64,000 bases of DNA, from assembly GCA_044892525.1 (NCBI GenBank), contig CM097885.1:1240001-1304000 (forward strand), read 5' to 3'. The notes under the pieces are model-generated. The model did not search any database and was not told the origin of the DNA. It worked only from the letters and a program-made list of their open reading frames with translations. Every line of letters starts with the position of its first letter. The first letter of the stretch is position 1. A program made the position numbers and the translations under genes. Below, piece by piece: positions 41,391-53,345 of the stretch. This DNA is from Schmidtea polychroa. Lineage: Eukaryota.

Positions 41391-44276
41391 ACTAAATTAA
41401 GTAAATAAAGGGTTAAATTAAAGAAAATTATGATTATAATTATAATTAGATTTAAAGATTAATTACCTTTTCATTTAACACTACAGTGTTAATTCTTACC
41501 ATTTTAGAATAATATTTTTTATCAAAGTTCTTATCTTGATTTATTTAATTTTAATTGAAAGTAATGACGAAATAGAACGTGTTGTCTTCAATTTTAATGA
41601 ATTAATTTGAAAAATTATTTAGATAAATATTTGTGTTTAAGGTATTCCTTAGTAATATTTTTTTAGAGTTGATGGTTTTTGTGAATTTTTATCATTTTCA
41701 TGAATTTCATGTGGATAGAATGAATATTTAAAAATTTTAAGTTAGTTCTAAGATAAATTTAATTAATTTCTTGATAATTGGATGCATTTTTATTGATTGG
41801 TTTTTTAATTTTAAATAAAAATTATTTTTAATGAGAGTTAGGTTAATAATCACGTGATAGGATATGACTTTGTAATAATATTTTTTTTCATATATTTTCT
41901 AAGAATTTCATGTAGATTTATTTAAAAATTTAAAGTTTTAATGACGATTTTAATTGAATTTCTTGATAATTTGCTAAATTTTAAATAAAAATTAATTTTT
42001 TTTTAATGACTGTTAGGTTAATAATTAAGTAATTGGTTTAATTTTAGATGACTTTGTAATGCATTTGACTAAATAATTTTTTTCAATAATTTTCTAAGAA
42101 TATTAACACATTGATGAACTTTTTTAAAAAAACATAAGCTAAGAAACCAGTTAACCTTATCAAGAACTTTAAATTTACTTGATAATTTACAGAAATAATA
42201 TACAAAATTTAATTTACAGAAATTATTTACAAAATAATAATACAGAAATTTATGATTAAGTTTGCTTTTATGAACAATCAATATATATCATTTCTAGTTA
42301 GGTATTTGATAGGTGAAATATTTGTAGTAAATAATAAGTTTATTATGTCTTTGTTACATAACTCGACTTTAGCGTCAAAATGTGTTTTTAAAATAAATTT
42401 TAATTTTAAAATACCGCAATGTAATATATTAATTTTTTCCTAACCTTCCTTGATTTTGATTGGTTAGAATTTGTTCCTATAAACAATAATAATCTATAAA
42501 CAATAATCAATTATTAGTCACATTTAACAAATAATTAACCTTTAAAAATGAATTCTTTAATAGAAAACGTTATGAATGTTCGAGAAAAAATTCAGGAATT
42601 TGGTAAATTTTAATTTATTTATTAATTAATTTATTAATTAATTAATTAATTAATTTAGATAATATTAATGAAGACAATTTAAAATCGAAGATTAAAGTAA
42701 ATTTGAAAAGAAAAAGTAAACATAATTTTTAATTTATTAATTTAATTAATTAATAATTTAGGTAATACGAATAAAGAGAAAAAATATGTCAATGTGTCAA
42801 TAAATCGAAATGGAAATTTACAATGTAAGTATTGATTACTTTTTATAATTTAAAGGAAATTTAATATAATTTTTTATTTAAGTAAATGTTAATATTTTTA
42901 ATTTAGTAAATTTTTATTTTTTAGTAAATAAAATTTGTAAAATAATAATAATTTGCAAATTTTTGCGTAAACATATATTAAAATCTTTCATTTAAATTAT
43001 ATATTTTTATTAAATTTTTATTTTATAGGTATACTTTATCCAAATTATTGTTCATCGAAAAAACATGATAATAATTGCCATTCTATAATGGAGAATTATT
43101 ACACGAAAAAATATTATAATAAAACTTATTTTATATGTCCCGTATGTAAGACTAGTGACCCTGTAACATGTAGCGTTTTTTATAATAAACATAAAAATCA
43201 TTTAGATAGGTTTAATTTTAAAAAAGATAGTGTTTTTAAGAGATCCTCAACTATAGAAAAAAATAATACAAATAAAAAAATTAAATTAGATACTTCTTCT
43301 TTTGAATCATAGGTCGGATTAGAGGTTGAATCCCAGGCTGGATTGTCTTTTGTTGAATTCCAGGTCGGATTGTCTTTTGTTGAATCCAATGATGGATTGG
43401 TTGTTGAATCCCAGGTCGGATTGCCTTTTGTTGAATCCAATGATGGATTGGTTGTTGAATCCCAGGTCGGATTGCCTTTTGTTGAATCCCAGGTCGGATT
43501 GGTTGTTGAATTCAATGATGGATTATTCACTTCCTTTGATTCTTGGGATGGATTAAATATAATACAAATAGGTGGAAATGTATCGACAATACAAAGAGAT
43601 TCAAGAGGTACCCATCAAATATTAAGTTTAAATACTAGCGACTTAAATATAAAAGAAATAATATTTCCTGAACAACTAATAATAAAATTACGAGATATTA
43701 TAAACGAATTAGGATCCGTCAAAATTCAATTCGGAATAACAATCGAATTTGAAAAAGACCGGTAAATAAAGGTTAATAATATCTCCAATTACGCAAAACC
43801 TTTAACTGCATCATTTTTTGATCAAGCCATTAAGGAACTAAATGAGAAAATAACTAATATTACAAAGTTAGGAAGCAATTGGATTATAAAAAATATAACA
43901 GAAATCCACTTCACTATAACAAAAATAAGTAGGTTAAGTAGATTAAGTGGTAGGAGTTTCATTGAAACACCTACTTATCTAAAAAATAAATATTGTTTAA
44001 TTAATATAAAAAACACTGATGATTCATGTTTTTTATATAGCATTTTAGCTATTTTAAAATATGATGAAGTTAGTAGTTATGCTAGAAATAGGACATCGAG
44101 TTATAATTTATCCGACTTAGTATATAACCCGTTAGAATTACCTATGAAATTTAAAGACATTAGGAAATTTGAATCTAAAAATTCGGGTTTAATAATTAAT
44201 GTTTTTTCATATGATAATAGCAAATAATTAACTGATAATTATGTATTAAAACATCCACATTTAGATATTATACATC
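40500..44276 (+). mobile_element. Left part of a pPolB element: terminus AGTAGGTGGTTAGGAGCCCGC, subterminal repeats, and 5' part of pPolB (ATG at 42548)
   Basis: The terminus matches 62960 (AGTAGGTAGTTAGGGGCCCGC) at 19/21; 41975-44276 is near-identical to 18530-20756. Confidence 0.85.
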
Positions 44277-44323
44277 CCAAAAACGCCATCGCTCTGATAG
44301 ACAACTTACCCGTAAAGGCCAAG

Positions 44324-46450
44324 AATTCAAAGTTTTGACTGCTTTAGCTAAAGAATCATTAACAAATTCATAAGAATCAATGAATTGATAAGATTCAATT
44401 CTTTTGCCTAAATGCGCAATCAAAGAAATAAATTTTTCAGTCGTTATTGGGATGCAACCTTAAGTCTAAATTTTAAATTTATTTAATCCGTATTTAAGTA
44501 TATGATGCATATCGTATCCCTTCAAGTTGTGAAATACGATAGGCAAAATTTTATTTATTTTCTTATTTTTGTTACATGTGCTACAAGCTGCACCCAAATA
44601 TTTCCCCTTAAAATGATCGTGATCTCTAACAGGATCAACGATAGATTTCATACAAAGATAACAAACAGATGCACTAACAAATTGACGTTGTTCAATTTTC
44701 GTTAATTTAATCATAGGTTTCCTACCCATTTTATAATAAAAAGGAAGAACCTTATTTAATGCTATATCCTCTATAGCACTTAAAAAACTCTCGACGCAAT
44801 CTAAACCTATGAACTGTTGATAAGATTTAGATACGTCAAAGTTATTTACAAGTAAAAGACCAGCAGATATTGTCATGTGTCGTTGGAAATGAACATTATC
44901 AGAAGGTAAAATAGCCTCAAAATCGGCATCAACTACAAAAGGAGGAGTTACTGTTTTCGACCAGTCAGTAAACTGCAATAATTTATTTTGAGGGAAAGTG
45001 TAAAGAGTTGTTCCTAATTGATTACGTTTACATAATATTTCATGTTTTTCCAGTGCGTGTTTGTACCTAAACATATTCAAACACCGATGGCACCATAATG
45101 AACGTATGCGTGTAGGACAACTAGTGTTGATACCACAATTCAGTAACCTATTTAAATTACTTATAGCAACGTAATGGAAATTGTTTCCTTTATTTAAAAG
45201 TAGTAAATTAATTACAGTTCCATTTAAAACTTTGGAACGATGTATAATATCTAAATGTGGATGTTTTAATACATTATTATCAGTTAATTGTTTGCTATTA
45301 TCATATGAAAAAACATTAATTATTAAACCCGAATTTTTAGATTCAAATTTCCTAATGTCTTTTAATTTCATAGGTAATTCTAACGGGTCGTATACTAAGT
45401 CAGATAAATTATAACTCGATGTCCTATTTCTAGCATAACTACTAACTTCATCATATTTTAAAATAGCTAAAATGCTATATAAAAAACATGAATCATCAGT
45501 GTTTTTTATATTACTTAAACGATATTTATTTTTTAGATAAGTAGGTGTTTCAATGAAACTCCTACCACTTAATCTACTTAACCTACTTATTTTTGTTATG
45601 GTGAAATGTATTTCAGTAATATTTTTTATATTCCAACTGCTTCCTAACTCAGTAATATTAGTAATTTTCTCATTTAATTCTTTAATGCCTTCATCAAAAA
45701 ATGATGCAGTTAAAGGCTTTGCATAATTTGAGATATTATTAACCTTTATTTCCCCGTCTTTTTCAAATTCGATTGTTATTCCGAATTGAATTTTGACGGA
45801 GCCTTATTCGTTAATAATATCTCGTAATTTTATTATTAGTTGTTCAGGAAATATTACTTCTTTTATATTTAAGTTGCTGTATTTAAGCTTAATATTTGAT
45901 GGGTACCTCTTAAATCTCTTTGTGCTGTCGGTACATTTCCACCTATTTGTATTATATTTAATCCATCCCAAGAATCAAAGGAAGTGAATAATCTATCATT
46001 GGATTCAACAACCAATCCGACCTGGGATTCAACAAAAGGCAATCCGACCTGGGATTCAACAACCAATCCATCATTGGATTCAACAAAAGGCAATCCGACC
46101 TGGGATTCAACAAAAGACAATCCGTCCTGGAATTCAACCTCTAATCCGACCTGGGATTCAAAAGAAGAAGTATCTAATTTAATTTTTTTATTTGTATTAT
46201 TTTTTTCTATAGTTGAGGGTCTTTTAAAAACACTATCTTTTTTAAAATTAAACCTATCTAAATGATTTTTATGTTTATTATAAAAAACGCTATAATGTTA
46301 CAGGGTCACTAGTCTTACATACGGGACATATAAAATAAGTTTTATTATAATATTTTTTCGTGTAATAATTCTCCATTATAGAATGGCAATTATTATCATG
46401 TTCTTTCGATGAACAATAATTTGGATAAAGTATACCTATAAAATAAAAAT
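44324..46450 (-). pseudogene. Inverted pPolB copy (N-terminal and exonuclease part) with an empty hAT site
   Basis: ORF 44466-45371 reads through HLDIIHRSK to DADFEA, DHDH and FHNLKGYD. Confidence 0.93.
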
Positions 46451-46482
46451 TTAAATAACGTCATCGATATCGATATCATAAT

Positions 46483-49400
46483 TCAAGTTATATTTGAATA
46501 ATTCAAGTTATAATCGCTATAGAAATTTTGATTATAATTACCTTTATTTCTATTATTTATAATGTGAATCTTACGAGCTGGGCAGAAGGATTTCCACGAG
46601 GCATTGAATAGGTCTTTGCGTGTTTCGTCTGTAGTCCTAGCTTCTTTATTTCCATTATTAAGAGTGTGAATCCTACGATCAGGGCATAAGGATTTCCACG
46701 AGGCTTTAGATAGGTCTTTGGATGTTTCGTCCGTAGTCTCAGATTCACTGTAAAGAGGTCTGGCAGGATGGGCATTACTGTTCAGGTCTGAGGAAGCATT
46801 CGCATATTTGTTCGAGATCTTCCTAGCAGGACAAAGTCTGCTGTTCATCATTTCACGAGTGTTCGGTGTCATGGTTTTAGGAGCGTTTCTTCCAAGTCCG
46901 TCAGGAGGAGCTGTAGTAGGATTATGGATTCCAGTTCTAGAAGGGAAATTAGATTTTGTAACATAAGGGTTTTTCTTATCAGTATCTCCAGGATTGGAGC
47001 TTCTTCCATCCATAGCTGCTTCATTGGTGTAGACGGCCGATTTCTGCCCAGTGCTATTAATGATATATAGCAGTATTTCTGCTAAGCACTGGGTAACGGC
47101 GGGTAACAAGTAATTGAAAGGATTTAGATTTTGAAGATGCATTATAAAAATTTTTTCTGCTATGAATGTTATATAGGAGTGATTCTCCTAAGCACTGGGA
47201 AACGGCGGGAGTAATCTTTTGACAATTTAAATAATTAGTGTACATTAAAGAAATATTTTTGAGGTAAAAAGGGGTGCAGTTAAGGCTAGAGATTATCAAG
47301 ATTAGTATTTGATGAGGCACTGCTCGATAGTTGGACATCATCGCAGTCTTCATCATCAAGATCACAGGTATTAGTTTTATTGGTAGGAGGGTTTAAGTAA
47401 AAAGGAGTATTATTATCCATAGTGTCCGACGAAGCTTTAAGGACTGGAGTGATAGGAGTTGTAGCTGGACTCCTTCTCCTGGTAGTATTCCTCACTATAT
47501 CTGCGTATGTTTTTGATGTAGCTTCTTTTGCATTCATTCTGTTTATTTCGTCTAAGTACCTAGGATATAGATAAATATTGGAACTGGGGCATAATTTATT
47601 CATAATCCGAAGGCTTCAATGGTTATACGTCAGCTGCCTCCTGGTTTCTCTGATAAAGTTCTCTTTTTCGCCTTGGAATTGCCACCCATTTCTGCGCAGT
47701 GCTAGGAATCTTATATGGGAGTGATTCTCCTAAGCACTGGTAAACGGCGGGAGTTATATTGTAACGATTGTTTTTGGAATCTTGCATGTAATATTTTTAT
47801 GGAAAAGAGGTGCTAGGAAGTGATTCTCCTAAGCGCTGGGAAACGGCGGGAGTAATCTGGTAATAAATTGAGTTTCATTTTCCTAAACTTTTAATTTTTC
47901 TATTTCTTTAACCTTTTTATAGAAAACTTTATTATCCTTTTCTATATTTGAAAATTTTACATTATTAAAAGCGAAAATATCATTAATACCGCAATTTTGA
48001 TTATTAATTACCGTTATTTTAGCTTTCGGATAATTTTGAAATAATAAATATGGCATTTTCATGCTTTTCCTTGTCATCGGGCGAGATTTTTTTCCAATCG
48101 GCCAGTGTGATTCCATCAAGTCCTGGAGCAGTGTTTTGGAGTTGTGAGAAGATTTATTATTTAGGATCTTCGTTATCTCCTCTTTAGGTTTTGTTTTATA
48201 TTTGAATCTTTTAATACAAAGCAGTTCATTTTTAGTCCAGGTTTTTTTATGGACAATGTCTGCTGGTTTTTTAATTTTCTATTTTTTCCATTTCATTAAG
48301 GGCTGTTTCATGGTCCATATTGTCGTTATTTAAATTAGTTATTAAACCTTTAATAAGTGGGAGGTATTTTTTAATATTATCGTCAGGTATTTTGTAGGTA
48401 AAATAGTTTTCCTCAACAGTTCTGATATTTTTTTGCATAATAGTAATTTTAGGAATGGTTAGTTTAGTATTCTTTATCAGGCATTGGATGAGGTGGCACA
48501 CAAAAAAGGCAACTGGGATATTCATATTTTGTGAGTGTAATTGCGAGTGGTGAAACGATTTTTTGCAGATCAAGAATGGTATTCAGTATGCTATTAGCGA
48601 GAGATAAGTGTATGGAGTGGCTATCGTCAAGTAAAGAATCTATTATAACAGCTAATTGTCTCCGCTTATCAAGATAAAAGAAAAACCAGTTGTCTTTGCC
48701 ATTTGACATTGGCATAATAATTTCGTTCCACTCTGCGAAGTCTTTGAAGGGGAAGGAGGAGAAGAGGTTTTGTAATTATGCTGGATTAGAAAGTTATCAA
48801 CATAAGGGTCAACAAAGATGGTAGATTTTTTCATGGCGAAAGAGTAAACGAATGCCTTTATTGTGTGCTGGGACCATCAAGCTGATTCCTCATACACGTT
48901 ATTTGTGAATAAGCAATCATTTGGTATTTCTCTACTATAGTTAAAATCAAAACCATTTAGACATTCTTCATCTGATGAAGTTTGTTTCCCTTCCTTTGTG
49001 TTTCAAGGTTATCTGCAATCACCTCCTGGGTGTTTAATACATTATTCATAATATTATAGTCATAATAATATTGTTAGTATTTGGTGGTATTGGGTGGCGT
49101 TGAGCTATATGATTGATAATGCCATCTATTGGGACCCAGCTCCTACATGCACAGTATATATCGGCATTTTTATCAATAATTCTATTTCTATGTTTTTTTG
49201 ACATGTGCTCCCATACACATGCCAATGGAGTGTCCCAATTCCACGTCGTAAAGCATTTTTTGTAGTTCTTATTGTGGCTATTACATGTGAGGTGATTATT
49301 TTTGTCGATTTTAATAAATATCATTTTGAGGGTATCTTTATCATTTTGTATTTCATGCACATATTGTTCGACATGTCTGTAAATGTCTTTGTGCGTAACC

Positions 49401-50600
49401 GGATATATTACATAGCGTTCGTCATCACCTTTGCATTGGCCGCAGTCTATGATGGAGTGTTCTGTGATAATTATGTTGTGTCTTTCAAGTGCGTGCTTAT
49501 CCAATTTTTCCCTATTGTAAATGGAAATCGCTCCACAAAAAGGTGTGCGTAAGTGGTGTCTGCATCTACATTTCCCTCTGGAGTTGAAGTAGTAGAGGTT
49601 AGGATCTTGCATGTATAGTGATTTCAGACTAGGTGGTATTAATGTTTGGGTTGGTTTTGGGATTTCGCTTGTCTCCATGGATATTTTTATTCCAACAAGG
49701 GATTTAGGTTTATTACAACTACAACATTTAGAGTTGGTAGCATTATTTTTATTTTTAGCGTTATCTGCTCCATTATCAAATGCATTAATTACGGGTAAGT
49801 TGTCTATCAGAGCGATGGCGTTTTTGGGATCATTAGAGAATAAGGATGAGTTGGACTGAAAATTTTCGTTAAGGATAGATTTTTCGTTTAAAGGGGAGAG
49901 TTTATAAGAAATAGGGTTTATGAAAGAATGCTCAACGTCATCGGTTACAGAGTTTCTTTGTATAGAAGCCTCTATGATATCATGAGAGTAGTTAAGGCTT
50001 ACTGAGTCTATGGAGATGTGAGAGTTAGTTGTTTCGACGATAGAAGTATCGTTTAATGGAGAAGGTTTGAAGGATATGGAATTTTTTTCCATTCATTCTG
50101 TTTATCTGGTCGAGTTGCCTAAAATAAAGGTAAATATTGGAGCTATTAAAGATAATTTTATCATAGTCTGGAGGCTTCAATAGTACAGCGTTTTTTGCCT
50201 CCTGGCTTTTGTGATAAACCTCTCTTCTTCTCCATTGAGAACCCACCGAAAAAAGAAAAAATCAAATTTTATTTTATGCAATTAACGGGGCACATGGCCA
50301 AGAAGGGGAGATGTTATCTGTAGCTTTTAGTTCAATAGACTGGATGTTAGAGTGTAATACTCCTACATCAAAACGTGGTTTTTCCTGAAAACTTCAGTCC
50401 GGTTTGGAGTCTGGGATCCATTCTGAAGCTCCTGGCATTGGCTCATTCACATTTACAGGTAATCATCATTGAGCAGAGTAGGGATAATCATGGCTAATCA
50501 CAGACTTGATCAACCATGGCTCGTATAGATGCATCTGGCATTCATTCATTCAGGTTAGTTTATTAGGAGAGGCAGTTAAGGCTTCTGTCTGATTAGTTTA
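46483..50600 (-). mobile_element. Tandem 5' fragments of NeSL/Utopia-like family B (low-complexity N-terminus, zinc fingers, Ulp1-like domain)
   Basis: ORF 49046-50092 has Cys/His fingers homologous to 60236-61720; 48464-48715 is Ulp1-like; ~102-bp coding repeats at 46560-46740. Confidence 0.8.
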
Positions 50601-50619
50601 TATGCAATTATGAACACTA

Positions 50620-53160
50620 AAAATTAATTTAATAGATCGGAGTAAGAAGACTCCATTTGTGATTTTTGTAGCGATCAAATATTATAAATTATATTATATT
50701 AAGGATTGAAAGGATGGGTCCAAGGAAGAGGAGGTTTTTAAAGAATAGGTGGTCCGGTGAGTATATGGTTATTGTTGCTATCCCAGGATTCTAGAGTACC
50801 GATTACTGGGGCTGAGATAGTAGTTTTAGTTTTATAGTATTTTTCAATATCTATGGCCAGGTATGTGTATTTAATATAGTTATTCTTAACTGCATTTTTA
50901 AAATTTTCTTTTTGTTCATACGGGACTTTTATATACAGTAGATGAATGTTTTTATTTTATTAGAAGATATGGTTTAAGAGTTGAATTTACTCCATGAGGT
51001 GAAATTTCGATATCTAGGTGAAAGTTAAAATAAGAGAGACATTCGCAGACCGCTTCGAGGACACGGGAGTGTTTATTTCTGCGCGCATTAATTTTCGCAG
51101 GGCAATGGTTGAATATGTGGGCCTGTGTTTCGGGGTCTGAGTTGCATTGCCTACAGAGGATAGATTTTCTACATTTAAATCGATGAGGTGTGAAATTTCA
51201 GCAGGTTGTTGCGAGCCCTAACAAGGAAGAAATATTGGGCGTCGCTAAGTATATCAGATTTGAGGAGGAAGTCAGCAATGCTGCTATCAGTGATGGATTT
51301 GGCAATATAACCCTGATATGTTAGGATCGTCCATTTTTCTGCGTGTATAAAGCTGATGATGCAGTGCAGTTCAGAGGAGATGTCCTTCATGTTATGTTCA
51401 TTAAAGTAATTAATTTCAAGTTGGTATTGGTCTTCCATAAGCGCGATTTTTGCGTGTATGCCATATTTCCTACGAAGCAGATCGAAAGATTTTTTGAATT
51501 TCGAAAAGATAGAATGAGTTGGAAAGGCTTTAGAGATGTTACCATTAATCCAGGACATTACCTTGGCCACGTGCTAAAGCAAGTTCTGAGAGGATAAGAT
51601 TACGAAAGGCTTTGTATGATATATTCGACTATTGCAGCGGTAAGTCCGAGTCCGCCCATTTTTATAGAGGCGTATAGGAAGTTATTGTTAAATTGCAAGA
51701 GTTTATCCCCCAAAGAGGTTTTTATCATTTTTCTTATCTTATTGTCAAAACCTTTTTGGAGGACACAGTCTTTTATGATGGTATCTTTAAGAGTATCTAG
51801 TATATTATGGAGAATTTCACAATTACGGAAGAGAAAGATCAATCGGGAATGTATGAATATTTGAAGGCATTAATCTTCTGAGATGGGTGAAGATGTGAGT
51901 TTAGGATTTTTTCGGTATCGTTAATAGCGAATTCAAGTCTTTCATCAATATTGTGTCTTTTCTTATAAGCAAAGTCTACTCCTAGATATCATCTACTTTT
52001 GGAATGGCCTCATTATATAGTTTAATTGGTTGGTGGTTATTACTGTCATTTAAGTGGAAATAACCAGATTTCGAGGGTTTAAATTTTAGATATATTTTGA
52101 ATATTTTGAATATTTTGAATAACCAGATTTCGAGGGTTTAAATTTTAGATTGGCTAGTGAGGCAAGACGGATAGTTTCAAGGAGAGCAGAGGTGATTGAT
52201 AGGTAAGAGTCTGAGATCAATACGATGTCATCCGCGTATGCTAGGATACCAATATTCATATCACCAAATATGAAGGGGTGAGAGATTAGGATATTTTTAT
52301 TAATATAGTCGATAGAGAGGCAGAAAAGAGTCATGGAGAGTGGACATCCTTGTTTCACTCCTTTTAGGATGGGAATTGAGGGCGATTTTTCTCCTTCGCA
52401 GTCGAAGATTGTTTATCAGCCCAATGGTGTTAGGGTGTAACCCTATTGTAGAAAGAGTATGCCAGATGAGGTCGTGTGGTAGAGAGCCGAAGGCATCAGT
52501 GATATCCAGCCAGACAATATGAAGGTCAGATTTGTTTCGTATGGAGGCATCCTTAATGAGTTGAAGGATAAGATTATGTTCAGCGCATCCATCGGGGGTG
52601 CCGATTGCTTTCTGATTATGAAGTTATTAAGAAGTGAAGTATTCATGATGGAGATCGGTCTCCATGAGCTGGCCTCGTGGCTTATCTCATTCTTACCGGC
52701 TTTGAGGATGAGTTTTGTCCTGAAGGTTTTCCAAGTAGATGGGCAGAGGGAGTTCCTTTGGATGTTATTACATATAGAGAGAAGAAGTTCGAAATCTGGT
52801 GATATCTTTTTCCAATTGGCAAGTGTGATAAGATCTAAGCCTGGAGCGGTATTGTCAAGATTGGAGAAAATGTATTTGATCTCATCAGTATCAAATGGAG
52901 TAGGGGAGTAATTTTCTGGGAAGGAGCAAAGGAGGTTAATAGAAAGCGGATTTGAGGTGACTAATTCCCCTGCAAACAGTTTGAGAATATTGGTCATAGT
53001 GGGTTTTTGAAAATTACATTCGTTTTTCAAGATCTTAGATATCTCCTCCTTTGGGTCAAATTTGTATCTGTTCCTTTTAATAACTAATAATTCGTTGTCT
53101 AGTTTTTTTTCTCTTATGAATGATGTCAGCCGGTTTTTTATTATTGTATTTTAAGGCATT
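50620..53160 (-). pseudogene. RT, zinc knuckle and RLE endonuclease of NeSL/Utopia-like family B (frameshifted)
   Basis: Motifs APGLD, SWRPISI, WLDITDAFGSLPH, KQGCPLSM, AYADD, CRQC..ETQAHIFNHC, VPYE and GTLESW. Confidence 0.92.
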
Positions 53161-53249
53161 AATATTAACACGAGAAAAATTTTTTCGAGAAAGACTGTGG
53201 TAAAAAGAATGATATCTTTTTCGTAATTATTAGGTTTATTAGGCATTTC

Positions 53250-53345
53250 TTTTTTGTAGGTTTCTTTTTCATAGGTTTCTTATTCGTAGGTTTCTTATTT
53301 GTAGGTTTCTTATTTGTAGGTTTCTTTATCGTAGGTTTTTTTTCC
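53250..53345. repeat. 15-bp tandem repeat GTAGGTTTCTTATTT
   Basis: About six degenerate units between two retroelement ORFs. Confidence 0.8.

Noticed and set aside
47158..47855. Twister or HDV ribozyme interpretation of the four repeats
   Set aside because: Required pseudoknot segments were not found; 28S homology explains the repeats better.
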